Notes: generated by a model from the letters alone, not told the origin. DNA of 64,000 nt from an uncultured Verrucomicrobiae bacterium (GCA_963726745.1 CAVSDR010000003.1:960001-1024000); one strand, 5' to 3'. Shown: positions 12,158-22,042, numbered from the stretch's first letter. Program-made: numbers and translations.

Positions 12158-12784
12158 CTACCCGCCCGTCGTCGGCACGACAGCCGGCGCGGCGGTGACC
12201 GAGCTGGATTGCTTCACCCCGGAGACGACCAAAGAGAGAATGCTGGAAATGACCGGATCGCCATTCGCGGCCACCTGGCCCTGAGAAATCGAGAGGTTGG
12301 CGTCGCCGCGAATGACGGTGGCGCTGCTGGTCGCCGTGCCCCCGGAAACAGTGCCGCCCACGGTGGAAATCTTGGCATTCACCGGGCCGGCCGCGGTCGC
12401 GGTGATTGGGGTGGTCACCACCGTCTGGGTGCCATCGGCATTGGTCAGCAACGAGCTGAGATTGTAGGTGTAAGAGGCGGAGAGGATGCCCTTGAGCGAA
12501 GCCTTCTGCGGATTGGCAAAGGCCTGCGCGGTGCCGGTGAAGACGCGCCCGCGAGAGAACATAACGAAGGCGCCGGTGGCGTTACCCGAGCTGGGAACGC
12601 CTAACGAGAAGATACCAATGGAGTTGCTCGAGGCTGGGTTGGTCGGGTCAAAAACCCCCTGGAGCACGCCCGCGTAGGTGCCGACGATGTTGCTGCCCTG
12701 CGGATACGGCGGGCCGCCTTTGAGTGCCCACGACTGCGAGGTGCCGAGGAGCAGGCACATGAGGGAAGCGAGAACGATCCGCAT
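12158..12784 (-). CDS. Hypothetical secreted beta-rich protein
   Basis: Signal peptide MRIVLASLMCLLLGTSQSWA; S/T/G-rich; co-oriented with neighbours, GC3-rich codons. Confidence 0.7.
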   Translation of the reverse strand: MRIVLASLMCLLLGTSQSWALKGGPPYPQGSNIVGTYAGVLQGVFDPTNPASSNSIGIFSLGVPSSGNATGAFVMFSRGRVFTGTAQAFANPQKASLKGILSASYTYNLSSLLTNADGTQTVVTTPITATAAGPVNAKISTVGGTVSGGTATSSATVIRGDANLSISQGQVAANGDPVISSILSLVVSGVKQSSSVTAAPAVVPTTGG

Positions 12785-12793
12785 GCGCTGGAG

Positions 12794-13804
12794 TTAAGGA
12801 GTTGCCGCTGCGGGCGTCAATTCCATTCGCGGCGCGGCGCAGCTTTTCACCTCGTGCGCATGGGAATCGCCGGCCGCTTCGAGGTTGAGCCCGAGCTCGC
12901 GCAGGAGCGCAACGTCGGCATCGGCCGCGGGGTTCTCCGCCGTGAGCAGTTTGTCGCCGAAGAAAATGCTGTTTGCGCCGGCAAAGAAGCAAAGCGCCTG
13001 GCCTTCGCGCGTGAGCCGGGTGCGGCCGGCGGCGAGGCGCACCCGTGCTTTCGGGATCGCTAAACGCGTGACCGCGATCAGGCGCACGATCGCGAAGATA
13101 TCGACCGGCGGCTGGTCGGCCAGCGGCGTGCCGGGCATGGCCATGAGGCAATTAATCGGCACGCTCTCCGGTTGCGGATCAAAATTGCTCAAGACCTCGA
13201 GCATGCGCAGGCGGTCGTCCTCGCTTTCGCCCAGGCCGACGATCCCGCCAGAGCAGACCGACATTCCGCTCTGCTGGACCGCGGCGATGGTGCCCAGCCG
13301 GTCGGCAAAAGTGTGGGTGCTCACGATCTCCGGGTAGTATTCCGGCGAGGTGTCGAGGTTGTGATTGTAAGCGGTCACGCCGGCAGCCTTGAGCTTTTGC
13401 GCTTCGGTCGCGCCGATCTGGCCCAGGGTCACGCAGACTTCCATCCCGAGCTGGCCGACCTCGCGCACGGTCTCGAGGACTTGCTCGAACTTGGCGGTGC
13501 CGTCGCGCACTCCGCGCCAGGCCGCGCCCATGCAAAAGCGGGTCGCGCCCTGGGCGCGCGCGCGTTTCGCCGCCGTGAGAATGTCGGCTACCGGGAGCAG
13601 GTCCTCGCGCTCCAGGCCGGTGGAATAGTGCGCACTCTGCGCGCAGTAGCTGCAGTCTTCGCTACAGCCGCCGGTTTTGATGCTCAGCAGGCTGCAGCGT
13701 TGCACCTGTTCGCCGCGCCAATGTTGCAAATGGAGCGCACGGCTCTGCGTTATCAGGTCGAAAAGCGGCTGATCGTAAAGCGCGCGCAGCGTTTCAAATT
13801 TCAT
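12794..13804 (-). CDS. bioB: Biotin synthase
   Basis: KTGGCSEDCSYCAQS radical-SAM motif, RFCMGAAWR, YNHNLDTS, ESVPIN, AGANSIF. Confidence 0.97.
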   Translation of the reverse strand: MKFETLRALYDQPLFDLITQSRALHLQHWRGEQVQRCSLLSIKTGGCSEDCSYCAQSAHYSTGLEREDLLPVADILTAAKRARAQGATRFCMGAAWRGVRDGTAKFEQVLETVREVGQLGMEVCVTLGQIGATEAQKLKAAGVTAYNHNLDTSPEYYPEIVSTHTFADRLGTIAAVQQSGMSVCSGGIVGLGESEDDRLRMLEVLSNFDPQPESVPINCLMAMPGTPLADQPPVDIFAIVRLIAVTRLAIPKARVRLAAGRTRLTREGQALCFFAGANSIFFGDKLLTAENPAADADVALLRELGLNLEAAGDSHAHEVKSCAAPRMELTPAAATP

Positions 13805-13878
13805 CGCCCGACGACCCTACGGAAAGCGCGCGGGATTCCTAGAATTAAGTCGCGCCGCGCTGAGCAGAACTCGAAAAA

Positions 13879-14601
13879 TCAATACGCCCACTTGCCGCCG
13901 GGCGTGGCAATCACCGGCAGCTCATCGGTCATGAATTGCGTCTTGCCGACGACGCCCCACATCCGATTGCCGACACTTTCACGCCATTTTTGCGACATCA
14001 TCTCGCCGGTGTGGCAGCCCCAGCTGCGGACCTGCGCGTCGCGCGTGAAGACGCTGCGATTGATTTGCGAGAGCTGGCTTTGGTGCAGGAACGACTTCGC
14101 CGCGCTGTCGACGTTGCTGCTGTAGTCGAACATGAAACAGGCTTTGTTCGAATGGCCGAAGTATTCCAGGAACGCAACCTTCACGGTGTCGCGCGGCTGA
14201 CCGCTGTTGAGATACTTGATCACGTCGTCACCGTTGCGGAACCAAACGAGGTTGAGATTAAACTTGTCGCGCACGGAGTCGATGAAGCCGATCAGGTCGG
14301 TCTTCTCCTGCTGGCCGCGGTCGATGTAACCCTGCTTGTAAACCAGCCAGGTGATCTTGGCGTCGGGGCCGTATTTCTCGCGCAGTTGCTCGGTGCGAAT
14401 GCGGCTGGCGCGCACGAAATTAGCCCACCAGTTGTCATGCGGCTGTGCCTTGTATTTCTCCCACTGCATGAGCGATGGGCCGCCTACGAGGATGACGTAT
14501 TCGGGCGTGATCGCCGCCGCGCGCGCGGAACCGGCGAGGACAAGGAGGGCAAAGAAAGCAGCGAGGAGTCTTTTCACGGGTTTGGAGGGAGCACTATTCA
14601 T
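13879..14601 (-). CDS. Hypothetical secreted protein with possible His/Cys dyad
   Basis: Signal peptide; EYFGHSN and SWGCHTG motifs; normal codon usage. Confidence 0.7.
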   Translation of the reverse strand: MNSAPSKPVKRLLAAFFALLVLAGSARAAAITPEYVILVGGPSLMQWEKYKAQPHDNWWANFVRASRIRTEQLREKYGPDAKITWLVYKQGYIDRGQQEKTDLIGFIDSVRDKFNLNLVWFRNGDDVIKYLNSGQPRDTVKVAFLEYFGHSNKACFMFDYSSNVDSAAKSFLHQSQLSQINRSVFTRDAQVRSWGCHTGEMMSQKWRESVGNRMWGVVGKTQFMTDELPVIATPGGKWAY

Positions 14602-14685
14602 GCGTGGTCCTCGCTGCGCAAGAATCAGGGAAGAATCACCGCGAGGAGCACGGAGATCCGCGAGCCGAACTCTGAAACTCCGCGC

Positions 14686-15984
14686 TTAGGCAAAATCCCG
14701 CTCGCCTCGCACCAAATCCTCGAAGGTCTGCCGCTCCCGGATCAGCCGCGCCTCTCCGCCCTGCACCAGCACCTCCGCCGGCAGCGGGCGCGAATTGTAA
14801 GTCGAGGCCATGACAAAGCCATACGCGCCAGCGCTCATGATCGCGGCCAGCTCGCCTTCGGCCAACGGCGGCAGCTCGCGGTCTTGCGCAAAGAAGTCGC
14901 CGCTTTCGCAGACCGGGCCGACCACGTCGACTGGCTCGCGTCGGGCACCCGGCGCGGGCTCGGTCACGGGCACGATCTCGTGATAGCTCTGGTAGAGCGC
15001 GGGGCGAATGAGATCGTTCATCCCGGCGTCGACAATGACGAACTTCTTTTGCTCGGCCTGCTTCAGGTAGCGCACCCGGGTGAGCAGCACCCCGGCGTTG
15101 CCGACGAGAAAACGACCCGGCTCGAAGAGAATCCGCAAGCCTAACGAGCGCAGCGGCGGGACGATCGCGCGCGCGTATTCGTCGATCGTCAGCGGGTGGG
15201 AGCCAGCACTTTCATCGCGCCACCATTCCCCTTCGCCACTGGCCAGCGACGAGCGGTAAACGATTCCCATCCCACCGCCGATGCTGAGAAATTCGATCCC
15301 GTAGCGCTCCTGCAAATCGCGCGCGATCGGCGCCACTTTCGCGATGGCGTCGGCAAACGGCCGCGCCTCGGTGATCTGCGAACCGATGTGCATTTGCACC
15401 CCGCGCAGCTGGAGGTGCGGGAGCGTCGCCGCGTGCGCATAAACCTCCGGAATGCGCGCGAGCGCGATCCCGAACTTGTTCTCGCTCTTCCCGGTGGAGA
15501 TGTATTTGTGCGTGCTTGCCTCGACGTCGGGATTCACCCGCAAGGCCACCGGCGCGCGCAGGCCTTTCGCTGCAGCGATCCGGTGGATGTAATCCAGCTC
15601 CGCTTCGCTCTCGACGTTGAAACAGAAGACACCTTCCGCGAGCGCATACTCGATTTCCTCGCGCGATTTCCCCACGCCGGCGAAGGTGCAACGGTCCGCC
15701 TTCCCGCCCGCGGCGAGCACTCGATAGAGTTCGCCGCCGGAGACGATGTCGAAGCCAGACCCGGCCTCCGCCAGCAGGCGCAGGATGGCGCGGTTGGAGT
15801 TCGCTTTGACCGCGTAGCAAATGAGGTGATCGAGCTCGCCGAGCGCGCGATCGAGGCGGCGGTAGTGATCGCGGATTGTGCCCGCGCTGTAGACATAAAG
15901 CGGCGTGCCGAACTCCTCCGCTACTTGCGCGAGATCGGCCGCTTCGCAGTGCAGCCGGCCCTGGCGATAATGAAAGGAGTGCAA
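14686..15984 (-). CDS. lysA: Diaminopimelate decarboxylase
   Basis: GTPLYVYS, CYAVKANSN, FDIVSGGE, HIGSQI, EPGR, GPVCESGD, GAYG, YNSRP; probable TTG start at 15984. Confidence 0.96.
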   Translation of the reverse strand: MHSFHYRQGRLHCEAADLAQVAEEFGTPLYVYSAGTIRDHYRRLDRALGELDHLICYAVKANSNRAILRLLAEAGSGFDIVSGGELYRVLAAGGKADRCTFAGVGKSREEIEYALAEGVFCFNVESEAELDYIHRIAAAKGLRAPVALRVNPDVEASTHKYISTGKSENKFGIALARIPEVYAHAATLPHLQLRGVQMHIGSQITEARPFADAIAKVAPIARDLQERYGIEFLSIGGGMGIVYRSSLASGEGEWWRDESAGSHPLTIDEYARAIVPPLRSLGLRILFEPGRFLVGNAGVLLTRVRYLKQAEQKKFVIVDAGMNDLIRPALYQSYHEIVPVTEPAPGARREPVDVVGPVCESGDFFAQDRELPPLAEGELAAIMSAGAYGFVMASTYNSRPLPAEVLVQGGEARLIRERQTFEDLVRGERDFA

Positions 15985-16089
15985 GCGGCCAAATTGCACG
16001 CTCCACCCGCGCCCCTCAACCAGCACTTCCAGCGCTCTCCTTCCGCGGCACGTTTCCGGCTCTGGAAGGCCAGTCCTTACGCCGCCCTT

Positions 16090-17250
16090 GTGAAAAAAGA
16101 ACTCATCGATCCGCTCCTCACCGCCATGGTCCAAAGCGGCGACGGCATCTCCGATTTGCTTTTTGCCGTCGGGCGCCCGCCGATGACGGAGCAACACGGC
16201 GCTCTCCAGTCTTTCCCGATCGACACCCCCGGCGGCGTCTTCACCCTGGAGCAGATCCAGGTGATTGCGCGGCACCTCATGCAGGGCCAACCGCGCCTTT
16301 TGGAAGATCTGGAGCGGCTCGGCGCGTGCGATTGCAGTTACTCGGTCGCAGGCCTGGCGCGTTTCCGGGTAAACATCTTCAAGCAAAACGGCCGCGAAGC
16401 GATCGTAATGCGGAAGCTGCAGACAGAGATTCCAAGTCTCGAGGGCCTCGGGTTGCCGCCTATTTTCCAGGAAATGACCCGGGAGAAAAACGGGATCATC
16501 TTCGTCACCGGCGCCACCGGCAGCGGCAAAACGACCACGCTCGCGGCAATGCTCAACGAGCTGAACGAACGCGAGCAGGTGCACATCCTCACGCTCGAGG
16601 ACCCGATCGAGTTCCTCCACCCGTGCAAACAGGCGCTCTTCAATCAGCGCGAGCTCGGGAAAGACTTCCCGGATTTTGCCAGCGGTTTGCGCTCGGCGCT
16701 CCGCCAGGCGCCCAAGGCCATCCTCGTGGGCGAAATTCGCGACCGCGAGACCATGGAAATCGCGCTGACCGCCTCGGAAACGGGCCACATCGTTTACACC
16801 ACGATGCACACCATCAGTGCCGGGCAGACGATCAACCGCATCCTCGGCATGTATGGCAAAGACGAAGAGCAACAGCTCCGCCAGCGCCTCGCCGATACCC
16901 TGCGCTATGTGGTGAGCCAGCGACTGGTCGGCAAGGTCGGCGGCGGCCGCATGCTCATCACCGAAATCATGGGCTCGAGCATGCGCACCCGGGAGACTTT
17001 GCTCTACGGCGAAGCCGAGGGCCGCACCTTCCAGGAGATCATCGAGGCCGGCGGGACGATGGGCTGGCACAGCTTCGATCAATGCCTGATGGAGGCTTAC
17101 AAGAAAGACCTCATCACCGACGAGACGGCCTTCATTTTCTGCGCGCACAAAAACAAAATGCGGCGCGATCTCGACCTCTTGAAGAAGCTCCGCGACCAGC
17201 ATTACGAGGAACCCTCCGGCCTCCGGCTCGAGACGGCCGCGGCTTTCTAA
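16090..17250 (+). CDS. pilT: PilT/PilU-family type IV pilus retraction ATPase
   Basis: RFRVNIF, TGATGSGKTTT, TLEDPIE, ALRQAP, GEIRD, ETGH, TMHT; probable GTG start at 16090. Confidence 0.9.
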   Translation: MKKELIDPLLTAMVQSGDGISDLLFAVGRPPMTEQHGALQSFPIDTPGGVFTLEQIQVIARHLMQGQPRLLEDLERLGACDCSYSVAGLARFRVNIFKQNGREAIVMRKLQTEIPSLEGLGLPPIFQEMTREKNGIIFVTGATGSGKTTTLAAMLNELNEREQVHILTLEDPIEFLHPCKQALFNQRELGKDFPDFASGLRSALRQAPKAILVGEIRDRETMEIALTASETGHIVYTTMHTISAGQTINRILGMYGKDEEQQLRQRLADTLRYVVSQRLVGKVGGGRMLITEIMGSSMRTRETLLYGEAEGRTFQEIIEAGGTMGWHSFDQCLMEAYKKDLITDETAFIFCAHKNKMRRDLDLLKKLRDQHYEEPSGLRLETAAAF

Positions 17251-17271
17251 GAATCCCGACTGCTCTCCGCG

Positions 17272-17964
17272 ATGGAAACCAATACAATGAACCGAGTCAT
17301 GGAATTAGCCGACGCCGCGGACGCGCGTGCGCTCGAAACGGTCAACGACCCGAACGCCGCCGCGATGCAGGAGTTGCGCGAGAGCTTGAATCACAAGCTG
17401 CGCACACCCTTGAATGCGATCATCGGCTTCGCCGAGTTGCTCACCCTCCAGGCAGACAACAAGCGCAAGGATGCCGACATCAAGCAAATCCTCCAGGCTG
17501 CGCGCGAGATGCTCCAAGTGATCGAGCGCGAGCTCTGCGAAGCCAACGCCGCCCGCCCTTTCGTCGAAAGCGGGACCGACAACACCGCTTCCACCCGCAC
17601 CTGCGACGTGCTCTACGTGGAAGACGATTCGGTGAACTTCATGCTCATGGAACGGATCATGGAATATCGGCCCAAGGTGCAGCTCATCCACGCGCCGCAA
17701 GGTGGCCTGGGCCTCCAGCTCGCCGAGGCCTACCGGCCGAAGTTGATCCTGCTCGACCTGAACCTGCCGGACATGTCCGGCGATGAAGTCCTCCGGCGCC
17801 TGCAAAGCCAGCCGGAGACGAAAGACCTTCCGGTCGTGATCCTGAGCGCAAACGCTTCGCCCAGCAAAATCGAGCGTTTGCTCGCCGGCGGCGCCCGCAA
17901 TTACCTCACGAAGCCGTTTAACATCGACCACTTCCTCACCGTGGTGGACGAGTTCGTCTCGTAG
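17272..17964 (+). CDS. HisKA (DHp) plus receiver-domain protein with no ATPase domain
   Basis: HKLRTPLNAIIGFAELL H-box followed directly by REC (VEDD, LLDLNLPDMSG, SA, KP). Confidence 0.8.
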   Translation: METNTMNRVMELADAADARALETVNDPNAAAMQELRESLNHKLRTPLNAIIGFAELLTLQADNKRKDADIKQILQAAREMLQVIERELCEANAARPFVESGTDNTASTRTCDVLYVEDDSVNFMLMERIMEYRPKVQLIHAPQGGLGLQLAEAYRPKLILLDLNLPDMSGDEVLRRLQSQPETKDLPVVILSANASPSKIERLLAGGARNYLTKPFNIDHFLTVVDEFVS

Positions 17965-18130
17965 TTTCCGCGCACGGAGCCTCAACCCACGCGAGGCCCA
18001 AAACGTCGCCTCTTCCGGCCTGGCCGTTTGACGGCCCGGCCATCGCTCGCTCCTGTCTAGGGAGAAACAAGCAGCGAGTTGTCTCTCATTCGAGAGGCGC
18101 AAGGAACCCTCGAACCACGTATATACTTAT

Positions 18131-18640
18131 ATGATCAATCCCAATGGCGGCGACCAATTCGCCAAGCATGATCCGCTCGCAGGTGCGACGAAGCCGAGCG
18201 AACCACAGACTCTCCCCGGCGCGACCAGCCGATACGAAAGCACTTCCGAGAAAGTTTCCGCCGCAGCCAGCGATGCCTGGCGGCAGACGCGCGAGAAGGC
18301 CGGCGTAGCCCGCGAGCGCACGGAGTTTTTCCTGCGCGAAAATCCGGTGCCCACCGTCCTCGGCGCCCTCGCCCTCGGCGTCGCCATCGGCCTGGCGATC
18401 CGTTATTCCTCGGAGTCGAAACGCGAAGTCGAAGTCAAATCCAGCCTCGGCAATCTCGACCTCGGCGCCCTCGGCCTCGCTTCCATCCTCCCGTTGCTCA
18501 AAGGCGCGCGTCATCGCTACGAAGACGCCGCCGGGGTGGTAAAGGATCGCGTGAGCGGTGGCGTCGATCGCCTCCGCAGCGTCGATGTCGACGATTACGT
18601 CCAGCCGCTGCGCAAGAAATGGCGCAGCTGGATGAACTAG
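18131..18640 (+). CDS. DUF883/ElaB-YqjD-like small membrane-anchored protein
   Basis: FLRENPVPTVLGALALGVAIGLAIR motif. Confidence 0.6.
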   Translation: MINPNGGDQFAKHDPLAGATKPSEPQTLPGATSRYESTSEKVSAAASDAWRQTREKAGVARERTEFFLRENPVPTVLGALALGVAIGLAIRYSSESKREVEVKSSLGNLDLGALGLASILPLLKGARHRYEDAAGVVKDRVSGGVDRLRSVDVDDYVQPLRKKWRSWMN

Positions 18641-18753
18641 CCAGCACGCTCACTACTGCAGTCATCCCGAGCACAGCGCCGCGGGGTCGAGAGACCTCGC
18701 GCGCTGGGCGCGGTTTTTGACCTCATCGTTTGCCCGCCGAAACTACCGGCGAC

Positions 18754-20559
18754 ATGGCGACCTCTCCCGCCGGCCGCCCAGCTTGGCAGCGCAATCGCGT
18801 CTTCGCATTTTTCGCTTCGCTCCGGCTCGCGGTTGTTCTCCTCGCGGTCCTCATTCTCGCGGGCCTTGCCGGCACGTTTCTCGAATCGCGCTTCGACGCG
18901 AAGGTCGCGCGCGCCTACGTCTACGGCGCTCCATGGTTCCTCGGCTGGCTGCTTTTGCTGGTCGCGAATCTCACTGCCTCCGCTCTCTCCCGCTGGCCGT
19001 GGCGGCAACATCACGTCGCTTTTCTCGTCACTCATCTCGGCATCATTACGCTCCTCTTCGGCGCGCTCATCGGACGCCTGTGGGGGATCGAAGGAACGAT
19101 TACGCTGCATCAGGGCCACCCTCCTGACCGTCGCCTCCTGCTCGACGAACGGGAACTGCGCGTGCGCGCCAGCGACGGCACCGTGCGCGTTTTCCCGGTG
19201 GAGTTCGCGCAGCGTCCGCGTGAACTCGGACGCCTCGCCTCCGGCGCGCGGCTGCATCTGGTCGAGTATGCGCCGGCGCTGGAATCCCGGCTCGATCCAA
19301 AACCACTCGCGGACGGCGGCGCGCCCGCGCTCCATTGGACCCTCCGGACCGCGATGATGGGGCAGCAACTCGACGGCTGGCTCCTCGCCGGCGAAAACCC
19401 CGAGCAGGCCCGATTCGACCTCGGCGGTCTGGCCAGGCTCGAGCTCCGGCGCGGTGCCGCGCCCGCCCTCGTCCCGGCCGATCTCGAGGAAGCCATTTTC
19501 GCTTTCGCAAAAGCGCCTAACGACCAGATCACCCGGCCCACGCAGGGCGGCCGCATCGGTGCGCAGGTCGTCCTGGCCGAGCCGCACGCCGGCGACTCCG
19601 GCGAAGTCACCGTGGTCATAGCCGGCAAGATGTGGTCGCACGACGTCGCCTCGAACCTCGGGAAAAACCTCCCGCTCGAGGGCAGCCCATTCACCCTGCG
19701 CATCGAGGGATATTGGCCCGATTTCCGGATCGAAAACGGCCAGCCGGCGAGCGCTTCCGACCAGCCAAACAATCCCGCCGTGGTCGTGACCCTGCGCGGC
19801 CATGCCCTGCCCGCGGTCGAGGACGACTCGGCGAATCGCGCCACCCTCTTCCTGGCCGAGAACGGCACCCTGAGCTACGAGCTTTCCTCCCGCCAAAACG
19901 GCCGCTCCACCGGCACGCTCGCGCCCGGCGCGCCCCTCGCGACCGGCTGGGCCGACTGGCAATTCACCGTCGACCAAATCCTGCCACACGCCGAAGCCGC
20001 GACCGCATACCGGCCTGTGACCGGCTTTGCCAAACAAGGCCGCCACTCGCCCGATGGCGTCCGCCTTCGCGTCGCCGATGGATCCGGCCGCGCCCCCGTT
20101 GAGCGGTGGATTCCCGCCGGTCGCGAGATCACCCTGCCGGCCACGCCCGCGCCGTTGGAGGTCGCGTTTGGCCCGCGGCAGCGCGCGCTCCCGATCGCGC
20201 TTGAGCTGCTCGCTTTCGAAGTCGAGCGCAACGAAGGCAGCCATAGCCCGGCCGCCTTCCGCAGCACCGTGCGCGTGACCGATCCGGAAGGCCGGAGCGC
20301 AGTCGGCGAATGCTCGATGAATCACCCCTTCAGTTTCCCTAACGAGTGGTGGCGCACCTGGACCGGGCTCACCTTTAAGCTCTCGCAAGCCTCGTGGGAT
20401 CCCGACGATCCCGAGCAAAGCACCATCCAGGTGCTGCGCGATCCGGGCTGGCTCCCGAAATGGCTCGGCGCGCTTCTCGTTTGCCTCGGCATCTTTTTGC
20501 TCTTCTACGTAAAACGATTCCGCCGCCCGACGGACGAAACCGCCGGGACAAGTCGCTGA
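18754..20559 (+). CDS. ResB/Ccs1-like cytochrome c biogenesis protein
   Basis: FFASLRLAVVLL, third TM THLGIITLLFG, large periplasmic region, SMNHP, C-terminal RDPG plus TM. Confidence 0.75.
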   Translation: MATSPAGRPAWQRNRVFAFFASLRLAVVLLAVLILAGLAGTFLESRFDAKVARAYVYGAPWFLGWLLLLVANLTASALSRWPWRQHHVAFLVTHLGIITLLFGALIGRLWGIEGTITLHQGHPPDRRLLLDERELRVRASDGTVRVFPVEFAQRPRELGRLASGARLHLVEYAPALESRLDPKPLADGGAPALHWTLRTAMMGQQLDGWLLAGENPEQARFDLGGLARLELRRGAAPALVPADLEEAIFAFAKAPNDQITRPTQGGRIGAQVVLAEPHAGDSGEVTVVIAGKMWSHDVASNLGKNLPLEGSPFTLRIEGYWPDFRIENGQPASASDQPNNPAVVVTLRGHALPAVEDDSANRATLFLAENGTLSYELSSRQNGRSTGTLAPGAPLATGWADWQFTVDQILPHAEAATAYRPVTGFAKQGRHSPDGVRLRVADGSGRAPVERWIPAGREITLPATPAPLEVAFGPRQRALPIALELLAFEVERNEGSHSPAAFRSTVRVTDPEGRSAVGECSMNHPFSFPNEWWRTWTGLTFKLSQASWDPDDPEQSTIQVLRDPGWLPKWLGALLVCLGIFLLFYVKRFRRPTDETAGTSR

Positions 20560-20570
20560 CTAATTTTCCC

Positions 20571-21221
20571 ATGAACCACCGACATCTACTCGTGCCCATT
20601 CTCTCTCTTGCTCTCGCCGGTTGCGCCCCGCGCCGGCTTGATGTGGCCAAGCTCGCCGCGCGCGAGCAAAAGCAGCTCGATCGCCAGGCCGCAAAAGCGA
20701 AGGAAGCGCGCCCCGGCAATTGGGGGTTCTTTAGCGGCGAGATCGATGCGCGCTGGGAAGAGGACGGCCTGACCATGGTCCTCTTGAGCGAACTCCGTTA
20801 CACCGATCCCTACGGCGTCGTCTGGACTGCGCCCGCCGGTTCGCGGGTCAACGGCGCCTCCATTCCGCGCGCTTTCTGGAGCATCATCGGCGGTCCGTTT
20901 GAAGGAAAATATCGCAAGGCTTCCGTGCTGCATGATGTCGCCTATGACCGGCAAGACCGTCCGCCCGAGGAAGTGGACCTCATGTTTTACAATGCGATGC
21001 GCGCCAGCGGCGTCGGCATCGTGACCGCGAAGACGATGTACTACGCGCTCCTCCGGCACGGGCGGCATTGGAAACACCGGCAAGCCATCGCGGTCGACTC
21101 CGATCCCGACCGCCGCACGGAAGTGCGACCCGGCGAAATGAACGAAATCCAAAGCTGGATCCGCAGCAACGATCCCGATCTCACGCAAATCCGCGGTCGC
21201 GCCCAGGGAACCCCTCGTTAG
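20571..21221 (+). CDS. DUF1353-like lipoprotein
   Basis: Lipobox LAGC; NGASIPR-x-FW, ASVLHD-x2-Y, D-x2-FYNAM motifs. Confidence 0.8.
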   Translation: MNHRHLLVPILSLALAGCAPRRLDVAKLAAREQKQLDRQAAKAKEARPGNWGFFSGEIDARWEEDGLTMVLLSELRYTDPYGVVWTAPAGSRVNGASIPRAFWSIIGGPFEGKYRKASVLHDVAYDRQDRPPEEVDLMFYNAMRASGVGIVTAKTMYYALLRHGRHWKHRQAIAVDSDPDRRTEVRPGEMNEIQSWIRSNDPDLTQIRGRAQGTPR

Positions 21222-21250
21222 GCAAAAAAATTAGCCAGCAAGATGAAGCC

Positions 21251-22042
21251 GTGACGCTCCTCGATCTCCAACACGAAGATTGCGTCGCGGGAATGGCGAA
21301 ATTGCCGCCGGCTTCCGTCGATCTGATCGTCACCTCTCCGCCGTACAACCTCGGCATTCGTTACGGCGCCTATGCCGATACCGCCGAGCGCGCGAGCTAC
21401 CTCGACTGGTCCATGCTTTGGGCCACCGCAGCGCGTCGCGTCTTGAAAACAGACGGCGCTTTGTATCTCAACATCGGCGCCGCGCCCTCGAACCCGATGC
21501 TGCCGCACGAGCTCGTGCTCCGGTTGCGCGAGCTCTTTGTCCTGCAAAACACGATCCACTGGATCAAATCGATCGCGCTCGAAGACGGCACGCGCGGGCA
21601 CTTCAAGCCGATCAATTCCCCGCGCTTCCTGAACGATTGTCACGAATACATCTTCCAACTCACGCCCGAGGGCCGCACGCCGCTCGACCGGCTCGCGCTC
21701 GGCGTGCCCTATGAGGACAAGAGCAACGTCGCGCGCTGGGGCCATACCGAAGGGCGCGATCTCCGCTGTCGCGGCAACACCTGGTTCGTCCCTTACCAGA
21801 CGATCAAGAGCCGCGATCGGCAGCGTCCGCACCCGGCGACTTTCCCGGTCGAACTGGCGGTCAATTGCCTGAAGCTCCACGGCGTCACGCGCGTGCACAC
21901 CATGCTCGACCCGTTCCTCGGCCTGGGGAATTCCGCCGTCGCCGCGCAGCAATGCGGCGTGCCGCAGTTCATCGGCTACGAGATCGATGAAGGCTACCTC
22001 GCGGAAGCGCAGCGTCGCACCGAGGGGACGCTTCCCGCCTAG
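21251..22042 (+). CDS. Site-specific DNA methyltransferase (amino-MTase, beta-class motif order)
   Basis: Catalytic TSPPY before HPATFP and SAM-binding DPFLGLG; probable GTG start at 21251. Confidence 0.9.
   Translation: MTLLDLQHEDCVAGMAKLPPASVDLIVTSPPYNLGIRYGAYADTAERASYLDWSMLWATAARRVLKTDGALYLNIGAAPSNPMLPHELVLRLRELFVLQNTIHWIKSIALEDGTRGHFKPINSPRFLNDCHEYIFQLTPEGRTPLDRLALGVPYEDKSNVARWGHTEGRDLRCRGNTWFVPYQTIKSRDRQRPHPATFPVELAVNCLKLHGVTRVHTMLDPFLGLGNSAVAAQQCGVPQFIGYEIDEGYLAEAQRRTEGTLPA

Noticed and set aside
14686..17250. 838-aa and 684-aa overlapping ORFs as giant fusion proteins
   Set aside because: They are lysA and pilT extended through each other's stop-free antisense frames; the real starts are near 15984 and 16090.
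18661..18710. GTCATCCCGAGC...GTCGAGAGACCTC as a dispersed palindromic repeat
   Set aside because: It resembles short intergenic repeat families but is a single degenerate copy in the window.
18637..20418. Long antisense or alternate-frame ORFs (this one, 59002..60696, 44039..45457, 28599..29861 and others)
   Set aside because: Shadow ORFs expected at high GC; they lie opposite well-supported genes and show no family motifs.
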